A model generated the notes under the pieces. That model saw only the letters and a list, made by a program, of their open reading frames with translations. It was not told the DNA's origin and did not search any database. DNA of 64,000 nucleotides from Euryarchaeota archaeon UBA86 (GTDB taxonomy: Archaea > Thermoplasmatota > Poseidoniia > Poseidoniales > Thalassarchaeaceae), in NCBI GenBank assembly GCA_002503055.1, contig DAQX01000023.1:15297-79296 (forward strand), given 5' to 3'. The translations under genes and the position numbers were made by a program. Below are positions 29,961 to 42,346 of this stretch, piece after piece (positions within the stretch are counted from its first letter, which is position 1; each line of letters opens with the position of its first letter).

Positions 29961-31130
29961 TCACAAGAAATCTTTCTCAATACGATTCTCAAGCAGAGCG
30001 GGCTGTGTATTGGTCATAGTGATGTGTTGAGTCCGACCCCTCCCAACTGACGCATTGGCGGTACGCGTCTCAATAAGACCAATTTTCTCCAATGTCTTGA
30101 GATGCTTCCAGAAGGTGGTGTAACTGCGTGGCTTTATTGTGAACTCCTCGCAGACTAGGTTGTACAATTTTTGAGCATCTCCGCTCGATACTGCATCGGC
30201 CTTCTTCAATCGTCTACAGATTCCGAGTAGAACCAACTTTTGATGATCTCCCAATTCGTCAACCTGGCTAGGCTCGACAGATGCTGCTCGTAGTGTACTG
30301 GGATGAACATCCTCGGCTAGAACATCTCCTCTTCCATCTTTCTCGACACGAATAATCGCAGCTTCAAGCAACTCGATGGCGAGACGAGCATCGCCTGACT
30401 CAGATGCGAATCTACCTATCTTGGCGAGGGCCCCGTCGTCCACCGAACCCGGCCTGCAAGCTTCCTCGTATCGCTGCTTGGCGATGTCAATCAACGCTTT
30501 CTCACCATATCCTCTCAGAGTTAGCATGTTACTCTCCCCCAGGCGCGAGATAATTGCAGGCTCAAACAGTTTGATTAGAGAAGTATCCTGACTTACCAGA
30601 ATCATCGAAACAGAACCCTGCCGATTCTGCCCCTCATCTATTCTCAGTAGTTTGTAGATTAGATCTCCCTTGTCGTTTCTAATCAGAACATCGACTTCGT
30701 CTAGAACTAACAACAAATGTGCATCTTGACTCCCTAGATTGCGTCTGATTGACTGAATTACCTCACTCGAGCTGAAACCTCTCTCGGGATGGCCAGAATC
30801 CAGAGATCTCGCAATCTCTTGCAGAACCTGTGAGGCGGTTGGATGATTGCGACAGTTTACATGGGCAAGGACTAGCTTCCTACGCCCATCTAGCGCACGT
30901 TGTAAGTCCTCGCCAAATCGACGAGTCATCACAGTCTTGCCGGAACCGACTGGCCCCGTAATCACCGCTCTTCCACTCACTCCGCGATGCTCAATTCCGA
31001 CAAACATCGAGGCCAATCCCCGTAACTCCTCATCACGGCCAACTAACGCCGGAGGAGTCCAATCGAATGAGAACGGAGTTCTATCCAACAGGACCTTGCC
31101 CGCACCAATCCGATTCAGGTATTCGACCAT
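29961..31130 (-). CDS. cdc6: Orc1/Cdc6 replication initiator
   Basis: GPVGSGKT, HVNC, LVLDEVD, GDARLAIELL and C-terminal wH ending GRGRT. GGAGGGAG RBS before ATG 31130. Confidence 0.93.
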   Translation of the reverse strand: MVEYLNRIGAGKVLLDRTPFSFDWTPPALVGRDEELRGLASMFVGIEHRGVSGRAVITGPVGSGKTVMTRRFGEDLQRALDGRRKLVLAHVNCRNHPTASQVLQEIARSLDSGHPERGFSSSEVIQSIRRNLGSQDAHLLLVLDEVDVLIRNDKGDLIYKLLRIDEGQNRQGSVSMILVSQDTSLIKLFEPAIISRLGESNMLTLRGYGEKALIDIAKQRYEEACRPGSVDDGALAKIGRFASESGDARLAIELLEAAIIRVEKDGRGDVLAEDVHPSTLRAASVEPSQVDELGDHQKLVLLGICRRLKKADAVSSGDAQKLYNLVCEEFTIKPRSYTTFWKHLKTLEKIGLIETRTANASVGRGRTQHITMTNTQPALLENRIEKDFL

Positions 31131-31220
31131 CAATGACTCCCTCCGTTGACTATTCTTGAAGATATGGAAAGCCACGGCCCCTGACATACTCTATAGTGCA
31201 GGATTTCGTCCTACGGGGAC

Positions 31221-32327
31221 TCAATGAATTTGGTCAAATTTGTATCCATTTTCCCACTTCTTCTCGCCCAAGGCGACTTCAAGTTCGTAAGGTGTAATCA
31301 TGGGTTTGGCATACTTCACAGCATCATCGATAGCGATTCTAGGGCAAGCAGTGTTCACGAAAACATCAACCGGATAGAAATCAATCAATTCAGGTCCAAC
31401 ATGTTCAATTGCAAGAAGAAATCCTTTCTTGCCATGCTTCTCCAATTTCTTTTTCATCCTCAAAGCTAAATTTCGCCTCATCTGACCAGGCTTGGCACCA
31501 ATTAATATTCCAAATCTCTCTTTATCCATTGAAGACATAATTAGTCCCGAACGCTGCCTTAGGATTCTTTCGATCCTTTCTCTTCCCATTTCTTGAGCCT
31601 CTCCGGTATAAGGATCCAACATCGCCAAGGGTTTTCCCGTGTGTAAAACTAATCCAATTGGATGGAAATCTCCACTTCCCAAGAATACATAATGACCAAC
31701 TGTGGGGTCATCACCTGAGTAGTTACACCCCAGAACTTGTCCAGGGAACGATAATCGTGCACCACCTACGGGAATAGTAACTTCAAATCCAGCCTCTTCA
31801 AAGTGTTTCTTGAAAGTTGGTAGCAGATGCAAATGCTGTATACTACCCACCAATCCAAGTTTTGTATCAGTCAGGGGAGCAACTCTACCAACCATGTCTT
31901 CAAACCGATCTAGTGCCTCTAATTCGGATAATACAGGTCCAGATGAATCATTCAGACGGCTGATTGCAATTTCTCTGTGTGCATGAAGATAAGGCAGGAC
32001 GGGAGCAATCTCAGGATTCCCATCATATGTTACTGGTATGAATTGGGTCGGCATCCCTGAATCAATGTTCATTTGCGAGTGCCCCATGTGTGCTACCAGT
32101 TCAACTCCTATGTTTTGCATCTTATCATGGACCAAGTCGCAAGCTCCATAACAAGGATCTGCGGAGAGAACAACTCTTGCAGAGGTCTCCGTTTCAATTT
32201 CATCCATCATTTCTAGGGCCTGTATTTTGAGGCCTTCAGGAACTTGTAGAGCGACCAATTTCAAATCATTTGCTTTTATCCTCTCAACTAAATCATCCAA
32301 TTCGAAGTCATGGCGGTCCAAGTCCAT
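31221..32327 (-). CDS. dph2: Diphthamide biosynthesis protein Dph2
   Basis: LQVPEGL plus three Fe-S Cys in CYGACD, VLGCN and TACPR. Confidence 0.93.
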   Translation of the reverse strand: MDLDRHDFELDDLVERIKANDLKLVALQVPEGLKIQALEMMDEIETETSARVVLSADPCYGACDLVHDKMQNIGVELVAHMGHSQMNIDSGMPTQFIPVTYDGNPEIAPVLPYLHAHREIAISRLNDSSGPVLSELEALDRFEDMVGRVAPLTDTKLGLVGSIQHLHLLPTFKKHFEEAGFEVTIPVGGARLSFPGQVLGCNYSGDDPTVGHYVFLGSGDFHPIGLVLHTGKPLAMLDPYTGEAQEMGRERIERILRQRSGLIMSSMDKERFGILIGAKPGQMRRNLALRMKKKLEKHGKKGFLLAIEHVGPELIDFYPVDVFVNTACPRIAIDDAVKYAKPMITPYELEVALGEKKWENGYKFDQIH

Positions 32328-32331
32328 ACAA

Positions 32332-32910
32332 TCACTCGAGAATCTCGACCTTACCATCGATGATATCGATACGCGCTAGAGTCCTAATTGGCCACCTCGG
32401 ACGCTCCTTAGCCAATCTCTCACGCCCCTCTCCTTTCTCAATCGCGATGACGATGTCTTGTAGTATTACTCCCATTTCCTCAAGAGTAGCGAGTATTGGC
32501 TCAAGAGTCCCACCTGTCGAGATTACATCATCAACAATCAGAATTCTCTCCCCGGGCGAGATGTCATTGATGTATGTAGTGGACTGGGAGTAACCGGTTG
32601 AGACATCGACTCGAACTTCACCTTCCATTCCATACTCACGCTTGCGGATTACAACCGTCGGCTTTCCGGTGGCTTCTCCAACAGCAGCTAACAAGGGCAA
32701 ACCCATTGCCTCGACACTGACTACCAAATCAATCTCCGACCAGTCGACCATCTCTATAATTAGGTCTCTTGTAGCGCGCAGAACATCTGCATCCATACGA
32801 GGAATCCCATCTGAAATTGGATGGATGAAGTAGGGATAATCTCCCTTCCAGATTATCGGCGAGCCTCGCAGCGAGTCTTGCAGAATTGAAAGCGGGTCAG
32901 AGGGCGGCAT
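32332..32910 (-). CDS. hpt: Purine phosphoribosyltransferase (archaeal Hpt/Apt family)
   Basis: YPYFIHPISDG, EAMGLP and PRPP motif IVDDVISTGGT. Confidence 0.85.
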   Translation of the reverse strand: MPPSDPLSILQDSLRGSPIIWKGDYPYFIHPISDGIPRMDADVLRATRDLIIEMVDWSEIDLVVSVEAMGLPLLAAVGEATGKPTVVIRKREYGMEGEVRVDVSTGYSQSTTYINDISPGERILIVDDVISTGGTLEPILATLEEMGVILQDIVIAIEKGEGRERLAKERPRWPIRTLARIDIIDGKVEILE

Positions 32911-32922
32911 GGCCCGGCAACC

Positions 32923-33462
32923 TCACACTAAGCCCTTCAAATGCTCGGAGCCCTTTGCTACTCTAATGGTGCAAGGGGTCGGGAATTTGCAACTAGCCTT
33001 TCTGAGAGCATCCCTAGCTGTGAGATAGTGCTCTGGAGAGGTGTAGATTGAGACAACGGTCTGATCTCTTTGCACTCTAGCGGCAGTGCCCACATTCTTC
33101 CCAAAGGACTGCCTCATCCCCATTGAAACACGGTCGGCACCGGCTCCAGTAGCCTGCTTGTTCTCTCTTAGAATCTGATGGGGATATGTGTGCATTCGAA
33201 GAGCATAGCCTTGATCTCCAGCAAGCTTCCTGATAGTGGCGTTAGCAACTTGCCTCGCCGACTCAAGGGCTGAGTCACGAATCTGGCATGGATTGTCTGC
33301 AGTCAGTTCGACTACCACTTCGAATTGGCCTGCCTCAGCACCCTTTCTGTTGCCCATGAAGTAGCGCAGAATACGGTTGTTTGGGACGCCGCCAGTATAC
33401 TCTCTGCGAGTGTACGCCTGACCCTTGATCTGGCGATACATCTTGGCTGGTTTGCGTGCCAT
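32923..33462 (-). CDS. rpl10e: 50S ribosomal protein L16/L10e
   Basis: ARKPAKMYR, LRENKQATGAGADRVS and FGKNVGTAAR. Confidence 0.96.
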   Translation of the reverse strand: MARKPAKMYRQIKGQAYTRREYTGGVPNNRILRYFMGNRKGAEAGQFEVVVELTADNPCQIRDSALESARQVANATIRKLAGDQGYALRMHTYPHQILRENKQATGAGADRVSMGMRQSFGKNVGTAARVQRDQTVVSIYTSPEHYLTARDALRKASCKFPTPCTIRVAKGSEHLKGLV

Positions 33463-33529
33463 ACGGATACCTACTTCGCGGCCCACCGACCTTCTCTATT
33501 TAACCATGAGGCAAGCCGGAATGAGTCAC

Positions 33530-34483
33530 TCAATCAGCACTCAGCCTTTCACTCTCGCGCTGGACTTCCCTGACTCCAAAGACAATCAGACAGAATCCTA
33601 TAAGCATCGATAGTCCAATGTTCTCATCAAGTAATAACCATCCACTGAGAACTCCAAAGACAGGCACAAGGAAAACATAGGATGCTGCAGCCGTAGCTCC
33701 GATCCTATCAATTCCTCTGGCGAACCATGCATAGGTGAGGACAGTGGAAATTAGCCCAAGATATGCCACAGATATCCATTCGGTAGTATTGGGAATAGGT
33801 ATTCCAGACTGCCATACTTCGGCCAGCATCCAAGGGGTGAGAAGGATCCAGCCGACTATCGAATACCATACTACGATTTCTAACGATGTCCCAATTGTTC
33901 CATCAATTAGCGCCATCTTGGTCAAGTTACTGGTCGCAGCCCATGTCAGGGCAGCAAGAGCAATCATCACAGCCCCAATCAATCGATGGTTGAATGGAAT
34001 CTCCGTATTCGGGCTCCATCCCACTACAGTAGCGACACCGACTAAGCCGATTAGTAGGCCGAAAACCATCCTTAAACTCAATTTCTGACCCAGTAATGGG
34101 ATGGCGAGAAGTACCGTGAAAACAGGATTCATTGGGATGATTAGAGAAGCATCTCCAGCAGCCGTCCACTTCATTCCATTCATAAACAGAAGTTGGTACC
34201 CCATGGTTCCCAGTAATGCCATCAAAAATGTGTATTTCCAGGCCTTGTTTCCTTGAGGTAGAAATCGCGGACCTCCTTTATTCCTGTAGAGCCAACACCA
34301 AGCCATGAATGCAATCACCGCGAAGACATACCGCAACCAAGCCGAGGTAGCGGGCCCCATACTGGCCCTGTTTGCATCATCGAGACCGTAACTCAGAAAT
34401 CGACCCACAGCCCAAGTCGAGCCCCACACCGCAGCAACCAGAATTAGTAGTAGATGTGTACTCAGATTCTCTCTATAAGACAA
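33530..34483 (-). CDS. DMT/EamA-family transporter
   Basis: About 10 hydrophobic segments; VWGSTW and FLVPVFGV..GWLLLDE. Confidence 0.88.
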   Translation of the reverse strand: MSYRENLSTHLLLILVAAVWGSTWAVGRFLSYGLDDANRASMGPATSAWLRYVFAVIAFMAWCWLYRNKGGPRFLPQGNKAWKYTFLMALLGTMGYQLLFMNGMKWTAAGDASLIIPMNPVFTVLLAIPLLGQKLSLRMVFGLLIGLVGVATVVGWSPNTEIPFNHRLIGAVMIALAALTWAATSNLTKMALIDGTIGTSLEIVVWYSIVGWILLTPWMLAEVWQSGIPIPNTTEWISVAYLGLISTVLTYAWFARGIDRIGATAAASYVFLVPVFGVLSGWLLLDENIGLSMLIGFCLIVFGVREVQRESERLSAD

Positions 34484-35662
34484 CTAATCACCCAACTCAA
34501 GCAATCTCGATATGAAACCAGGGTCGCTGACTGCGGAAATCTCAGGCTCGCAGATTTCTCCGCCGAACTTGCTTGCCAGTATCATAGCAGTCATTGCTAG
34601 ACGATGATCTTGGTGAGTTTTTACTGGATCGCAAGGAGACTCGGGTATCTGTCCACCAGGAATCTTCAATCCTTCCTGTGTGACTTCAGCATGCATCCCG
34701 AAGCATCTGAGGAGATAGACGGTAGAATCGAGCCTGTCTGACTCCTTTCCACGAGAATGATTGGCCCCGATAATCTGCCCTCCCTTGCCTATTGCCATTA
34801 GTGCAGAAGCCGGGCATATCAAATCACTCTCATCCCGAAGATCTAGGATTTCTGACTGCTCAGCCAAACTCACAATAGCCGGACTGGACTCGGCCATTTC
34901 AATTTCTAAATTGACATCATGAAGCTCTGAGATTAGCATAGCAATAGGCAGAAGGCTATCCTCCGTTGGAACAGTTACAACTTCCGGAACTAGCACTTCC
35001 CAAGGGACAATATCAATCGACTTCGATGAGAAATTATTCTTAGATTCGCATCTCCTGGCAATTTCGAATGACATCTCGTAGTATCCTCTACTGACTGCCT
35101 TTCCAATTATCTCCAAATTTATTGGAAAGGGAAATCGAGGTGCGGCCAGTAACATTGCAGATAGGGGCTGGCTGGATGTGCTAATGTCAAGACTCGCTGA
35201 ACTCGTTTTCAACGGTCCAGTAACGGAGAGGGGAAGATAATCTCCAGAAACCGTGCAACCCAATTCTCTCAACACTCCGGACAATGCCGACATATCTCTT
35301 TCCCGAAGTGACTCGTCCCCGTCAATATGGATCTCCTCGCCGATGCCTGCGGCGATTGCCATCAGGAATCTTGCAGCAGTCCCTGAGTTGCAACAATCAA
35401 GATTCTGTTTCGGAGTTGTGAATCCTTCCTTACCTACTCCCTTGACAGTCCATTCGTTCTCATTTCGCTCTATAACGGCCCCCAATAATTCTAGACATTC
35501 TGCCATGGAAGAAACATCCTGGCCCGGTTCATTTGAGAATCGTAATGTCGATTTCTTCGATGACTGAGACGCCATGACCAGCCAGCGGATCATATGACTC
35601 TTCGAAGGAGGAAGAGACCACCTAAGGGGTCCCTTGAGTTCCATGGGTTCCAGACTAAGCAC
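34484..35662 (-). CDS. aroA: EPSP synthase (3-phosphoshikimate 1-carboxyvinyltransferase), compact form
   Basis: PPSKSH, NSGTAARF, SSQPLS, KESDRL and DHRLAM. Confidence 0.85.
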   Translation of the reverse strand: MLSLEPMELKGPLRWSLPPSKSHMIRWLVMASQSSKKSTLRFSNEPGQDVSSMAECLELLGAVIERNENEWTVKGVGKEGFTTPKQNLDCCNSGTAARFLMAIAAGIGEEIHIDGDESLRERDMSALSGVLRELGCTVSGDYLPLSVTGPLKTSSASLDISTSSQPLSAMLLAAPRFPFPINLEIIGKAVSRGYYEMSFEIARRCESKNNFSSKSIDIVPWEVLVPEVVTVPTEDSLLPIAMLISELHDVNLEIEMAESSPAIVSLAEQSEILDLRDESDLICPASALMAIGKGGQIIGANHSRGKESDRLDSTVYLLRCFGMHAEVTQEGLKIPGGQIPESPCDPVKTHQDHRLAMTAMILASKFGGEICEPEISAVSDPGFISRLLELGD

Positions 35663-35699
35663 ACCCTTGGCACAGGACTCGGCGTGTTAATGCTGCCAC

Positions 35700-36524
35700 C
35701 TATTCGGACCGAATCCAGTCTCCGTAATCTGTCTCATTATCCCAATCTAACGACTTCTGATCGATTAGGCTTGACTCTAAGGTATTGTCCAGATTCTTAT
35801 CGATATGAATCAGATTGTTCCTTTCGAGCAGTTTAGGACTTAGTCCAGGCAGTAAAATCGAGACAGCCCGAGGGACCCTACCAGGGTATATTTCGTTAAC
35901 ATGCTCAACTATGTTAGTGGTGCAAGTGTTGGTGATGGTGTTGTACCACTCGGGTCTATCGTGGAGACGGTTAGTCCTACGAAGGAACGACTCTAGAAGG
36001 CGCTGATGATTCCCCTCTCCTAGGACTACTCCTTCGAACAGATGAGTCTTCGACTTCCTCCTACATCTGGCTCTGACGCCTATAGAATCGCTTTCTGTAG
36101 ACCAAACATAAAGCAATTCGTACTGACGCAGCATGCCACGAATCGGATGGTAAGACTCGCCCTTTTCCCTCCTAACTTCAATTGAACAAGCAAGTCTACG
36201 CCCATCATTGAACTCGAAGCTGACAAGGGTGTGAGCAATCGGTTTTCTTTTGGGATCGAAGTACTCCAGAATAAGCCATATCTTACTGACCTCGCTAGGC
36301 TTAAATCTCGACTCAGTCCATCGTTCGTCATAGTCACGAGTAGTCCTCCAATTGAAGTCCCGAACATTCCTCAATAGAACCTCGTCTCCTTCATTTTCGG
36401 CATAAGCAATCCTATCATTCTCGGCGACCCAGTCACGTTCATTGGAGGGTTTCTTACTGAAGTGCCAGATTAGAACAACGACCAAGACGAGCCCGGCAGG
36501 AATCTGAGCCGAGCCCCAGTCCAT
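35700..36524 (-). CDS. DUF4105-like membrane-anchored protein
   Basis: N-terminal TM, PSNERDW, NVRDF, IAHTLVSFEF, SIEVRRE and YNTITNTCTT. Start moved to ATG 36524 because the longer ORF overlaps the tRNA. Confidence 0.75.
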   Translation of the reverse strand: MDWGSAQIPAGLVLVVVLIWHFSKKPSNERDWVAENDRIAYAENEGDEVLLRNVRDFNWRTTRDYDERWTESRFKPSEVSKIWLILEYFDPKRKPIAHTLVSFEFNDGRRLACSIEVRREKGESYHPIRGMLRQYELLYVWSTESDSIGVRARCRRKSKTHLFEGVVLGEGNHQRLLESFLRRTNRLHDRPEWYNTITNTCTTNIVEHVNEIYPGRVPRAVSILLPGLSPKLLERNNLIHIDKNLDNTLESSLIDQKSLDWDNETDYGDWIRSE

Positions 36525-36569
36525 GCCGTCGCTGAGTGGAACCGGCGAATGAAACCTATCTCCATCAAG

Positions 36570-36656
36570 TGGCGCGGCAGGGGAGATTCGAACTCCCGAG
36601 GTGAGACACCACTGGATTAGCAATCCAGCGCAATGGCCAGGCTATGCGACTGCCGC
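36570..36656 (-). tRNA. tRNA-Ser(GCT), CCA encoded, no intron
   Basis: GCGGCAG/CTGCCGC acceptor stem, CTGGA-TTGCTAA-TCCAG anticodon arm, long variable arm, GGGAG-TTCGAAT-CTCCC T arm and 3' GCCA. Confidence 0.96.
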
Positions 36657-36698
36657 AGTAACCAAGCGACTGACACCATTCGCTTAAGGCGAGCGGTT

Positions 36699-39395
36699 TC
36701 ATTCCTCTTCGAAGTCCGCCTCATCGACATCAGACGAGTCAACCAGTTCTGCAGGTAACCGTGCTACGAAGATTATCTCGTCATCGTATCCGGTTCTAGC
36801 AGGATTGCGTAATTCCATTATCCGAGTCCCCTTAGTGACCTTACCAAGAGTCTCCTTGGTCTGACCTGAGGTCATTCTAATCATCATTCCAGTCTTAGTA
36901 AGAATGAATAATTGATCGTCTAAATCAGGTATCTGTCTGACACTTACTATGTGATCATCATCGCGTAGGGACATCGTTCGCACACCCTTAGTACCTCGAT
37001 TTGTACGCCTATAGCCATCTCTATGGCTGACTCCTTCACCTTCATCATCGAGCATCTGCGCACCATCCTCATCGAGGAGAGGGACCATCTCTCCGGAGCC
37101 TAAACGGCTTCGCTTTGCCATTCCGAACTTGGAGATAGTTAGCACACTCGTATCAAAATCGTCTGTTACAATCATTCCGATTACACGATCGCCCTTTTGC
37201 AACTTCATGCCAGAGACGCCTTGACTTACTCTACCCTGTACTCTGACAACACGAGTCGTCACGATGTCTCCTGAGTTTGGGTCCGTACGTGACTTCTCTT
37301 CAGCAGGCATGAATCTGCAAGCATTGCCTCTGGCCGAGACAAGTACGACATGATCGCCCTCAGTAGCGGGCCTTACTGAAACAAGAGCATCATCCTCGCC
37401 ATCAGCGAATTTTAGTGCATACTTGCCGCTTCTGTTTATCTTGACGTATTCAGATAGGTGACTCCTCTTTATCCTGCCATTCTGAGTTGAGAATATCAGG
37501 AAGTGCCCCTCTGGATTCTCAATCAGATCCCTGCTCATCGGTAGAATCGATATCACCTTCTCGTCCTCCCTGATTCCTCCCAGCAAGTTACGAACATGGG
37601 TCCCTCTCCCGTACCTGCTAGCTGACGGCGTTTCCCATGCTCGGAGACCATACACCCTCCCCATGTCAGTAAAAATTAGCAACCTGTCCTTGGAGAAGCA
37701 GGTCACTATCTTGGAGGGTGCGTCTTCCTCCTTCGTGGAGACTCCCTTGAGCCCCTTCCCCCCTCTGTTCTGAAGACGGAAAGACTCAACAGGCAGGTGC
37801 CTCATATAGTTGTCCTGAGTCAGTGATATAACGATAGACTGCTCTGCAACTAGATCTTCTCTGTCCATCGAGAGCGGTGTCGGATTGATCTCTGTTCTGC
37901 GGTCGTCGCCATGCCTCTCAACTACCTCTTCTAGCTCTTCGACAATGATATTCAGGCGCTTTACCCTACTATCCAGTATCCCTTTGAAATTCTTTATCGC
38001 TTCCTTCAGTTTTTCAAGCTCCTCTGCGACCTCCTTTACGTTTAGCTTGGTCAGTTGGTAGAGCCTCCTCTCTGCGATAGCCTTGGACTGCCTCTCTGAG
38101 AAGTCAAACTTCTTTATTTTCGGGTATTTTTCCTCTCCTCTGAGGTATTTTTCGAATTGGTCTCTAGAGTCCGAGTTACGGCCAACTACAATGATTTCAT
38201 CCATCCTCTTCTGTGCTTTGATCAAACCGTCGAGAATGTGGGCCCTGGCTTCCGCCTTTTCCAAATCGAATTGCGTCCGCCTCTCAATTATTGACTCCCT
38301 GTGCCTGACATGAGTGTGCAATATGGTACATAGGTCAAGCTGTACCGGCTCTCCCCTCAGTATTCCCATCATATTCGCCGAGTATGACTCCTGTAATCTG
38401 CTGGATTGGTATAATTGATTCAATACCGCCTGCGGGTCAGCATTCTGCTTGATCTCGATGACTACCCTAATCCCCTCTTTACTGGACTCATCCCTGATGT
38501 CCCTGATTCCTTTCACGGATTCCTTCTGAACAAGTTCAGCTATTCCCTGTAGCATTGGCGCCTTTTTCACTTGATATGGAATTGAGTGAACTACCAGCCT
38601 CTTGCCGCTGGAGTCGTCTATCACCTCAACATCAGATCTAATGTGGAATCGTCCATGCCCAGTTCTGTACATATCTACAATGCCATCGATGCCGTACAGG
38701 GTGGCGCCCGTTGGAAAGTCAGGTCCTCTCATATATTCCATATATTCGAGAGCGTCTATTTTTGGGGGGTTGTCGAGACCAATCTTTCTATTCTGTTCAA
38801 TCACCCTTCCAATGTGGAATTTTATCGCTGCAGCAACCTCCCCGAGGTTGTGAGGCGGGATTTTCGTTGCCATGCCAACTGCAATGCCATCGCTCCCATT
38901 TAGGAGTAGGTTTGGAAGCCTGGAAGGCAAAACTGTGGGTTCGATCTCACTCTCGTCAAAGTTCGGCTCCATGTCGATCGTGTTTTTGTTGATATCTTCT
39001 AGCATGTGCAGGGATAGGCGGTCGAGCCTGCTCTCGGTATACCTCATTGCAGCCGGTGGATCCCCGTCAATCGAGCCAAAGTTACCTTGTCCGTCAACAA
39101 GGGGGTACCTAAGTGAGAACTCCTGTGCCATCCTGACCATTGTATCGTATAGCGCCTGATCACCATGGGGGTGATACTTCCCCATGACTTCGCCAACCGA
39201 CCTAGCTGACTTACTGTACCCCTTTTCATGGGTGTGTCCTGCCTGGTGCATACCCCATAGGATCCTCCTGTGGACCGGCTTTAGTCCGTCCCTTACATCC
39301 GGCAGGGCTCGTCCAATAATCACGCTCATCGCGTAATTGATGTAGCTTTCTTTCATCTCGTCGGAGATGTCCCTTCTCAGTAAATCTTCACTCAT
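36699..39395 (-). CDS. gyrA: DNA gyrase subunit A
   Basis: [14 protein letters not shown], catalytic AAMRYTE and GyrA-box QNRGGKG. Confidence 0.96.
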   Translation of the reverse strand: MSEDLLRRDISDEMKESYINYAMSVIIGRALPDVRDGLKPVHRRILWGMHQAGHTHEKGYSKSARSVGEVMGKYHPHGDQALYDTMVRMAQEFSLRYPLVDGQGNFGSIDGDPPAAMRYTESRLDRLSLHMLEDINKNTIDMEPNFDESEIEPTVLPSRLPNLLLNGSDGIAVGMATKIPPHNLGEVAAAIKFHIGRVIEQNRKIGLDNPPKIDALEYMEYMRGPDFPTGATLYGIDGIVDMYRTGHGRFHIRSDVEVIDDSSGKRLVVHSIPYQVKKAPMLQGIAELVQKESVKGIRDIRDESSKEGIRVVIEIKQNADPQAVLNQLYQSSRLQESYSANMMGILRGEPVQLDLCTILHTHVRHRESIIERRTQFDLEKAEARAHILDGLIKAQKRMDEIIVVGRNSDSRDQFEKYLRGEEKYPKIKKFDFSERQSKAIAERRLYQLTKLNVKEVAEELEKLKEAIKNFKGILDSRVKRLNIIVEELEEVVERHGDDRRTEINPTPLSMDREDLVAEQSIVISLTQDNYMRHLPVESFRLQNRGGKGLKGVSTKEEDAPSKIVTCFSKDRLLIFTDMGRVYGLRAWETPSASRYGRGTHVRNLLGGIREDEKVISILPMSRDLIENPEGHFLIFSTQNGRIKRSHLSEYVKINRSGKYALKFADGEDDALVSVRPATEGDHVVLVSARGNACRFMPAEEKSRTDPNSGDIVTTRVVRVQGRVSQGVSGMKLQKGDRVIGMIVTDDFDTSVLTISKFGMAKRSRLGSGEMVPLLDEDGAQMLDDEGEGVSHRDGYRRTNRGTKGVRTMSLRDDDHIVSVRQIPDLDDQLFILTKTGMMIRMTSGQTKETLGKVTKGTRIMELRNPARTGYDDEIIFVARLPAELVDSSDVDEADFEEE

Positions 39396-39398
39396 TGT

Positions 39399-41390
<1,992 letters not shown>

Positions 41391-41467
41391 TCAACATTCT
41401 AATCCGTACGCTGGAGGTTATTCAATCCTACTCTAAATCACGATAAAATAATGTATTTTTACCGTTT

Positions 41468-41489
41468 TTTCCATTGTTAACAATGGAAA
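41468..41489. promoter_or_regulatory. Perfect 22-bp palindrome in the divergent gyrB-aroD promoter region
   Basis: TTTCCATTGTT|AACAATGGAAA. Confidence 0.6.
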
Positions 41490-41536
41490 CAATATCTCTC
41501 GACACGATTATACCAAATCGCAAGATGGGGCGCCTA

Positions 41537-42346
41537 ATGTCCCGTCCGCTGGTATGTGTAACTCTCAGAGGCTACACTGTCGACGACGTCCTCAAGGATG
41601 CCGCTGTCGCCACTGCTGCAGGTGCGGATCTAGTTGAGGTCAGGCTTGATTTGCTTTGGGCCAGGGAACAGGATAGGGATGCCACTGCTAGCGGTGCCGA
41701 TGCAGACTCTAATGACTCTAGGGGGCCGAAGTACGAGCCGCCTGAGATCATTTCTCAGCCTCTGGAATCGGTCGACATAGATGCGGCCCTAGCATCCCTG
41801 AAGCAGGGAATTGACCTCCCAGTAGTGCTGACTTGTAGGCCGGAGCGCCAAGGAGGACACTACCCTGGAGAAGAGGCAGAACGTATCGAAGTACTATCCA
41901 GTGCAATATCTAGTGGTGTTAGCTGGATTGATTTGGAAGTAGATATCGTGGCCGAATCACGAAAGTCACTGATTGAGGCCACCAAAGGTAAGACCAAAAT
42001 AATCGCTTCTTTGCATTCAGTTGAGAACCCTCCTTCTGCTTCGGAAATCATTCAAGATGTCGAAGACTCCTCAGATATGGGGGATATTGTCAAACTCTGC
42101 TACAATACATCCGGAAGAGCCGACGGGCTGAGGTTGTTCGAAGCTTCTTGGGACTTGAAGGAGACAGAATATGACTACGCAATTATGGGTTCAGGATGGG
42201 GCGGAGACTGGACCAGAATCCATGCTCCAATATTGGGACAGGCCCTAGTATACGCCACCATGGAGAAGGGATTCCACCTATCCAGAATGGGCAGAATAAA
42301 TGCCTCCGATCTACAGATGGCTTGGAAACTATTGGAATACGAGTAA
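41537..42346 (+). CDS. aroD: Type I 3-dehydroquinate dehydratase
   Basis: GADLVEVRLD, LTCRPERQGG, WIDLE, IIASLH and DIVKL. Probable start ATG 41537. Confidence 0.88.
   Translation: MSRPLVCVTLRGYTVDDVLKDAAVATAAGADLVEVRLDLLWAREQDRDATASGADADSNDSRGPKYEPPEIISQPLESVDIDAALASLKQGIDLPVVLTCRPERQGGHYPGEEAERIEVLSSAISSGVSWIDLEVDIVAESRKSLIEATKGKTKIIASLHSVENPPSASEIIQDVEDSSDMGDIVKLCYNTSGRADGLRLFEASWDLKETEYDYAIMGSGWGGDWTRIHAPILGQALVYATMEKGFHLSRMGRINASDLQMAWKLLEYE

Noticed and set aside
31131..31220. Possible oriC/ORB elements upstream of cdc6
   Set aside because: Only about 90 bp with a partial TGGAAA. No repeated ORBs with G-strings and no AT-rich unwinding element.
36525..36623. N-terminal extension of the 35700..36623 ORF
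   Set aside because: Runs through tRNA-Ser; the true start is more likely 36524.
35700..36660. Integrated element at tRNA-Ser
   Set aside because: No integrase and no duplicated tRNA 3' end seen; the flanking genes are housekeeping.
41441..41468. dif-like site (ATAA-TGTATT resembles the E. coli dif centre)
   Set aside because: The right arm lacks TTAT and does not mirror the left; probably chance in AT-rich DNA.
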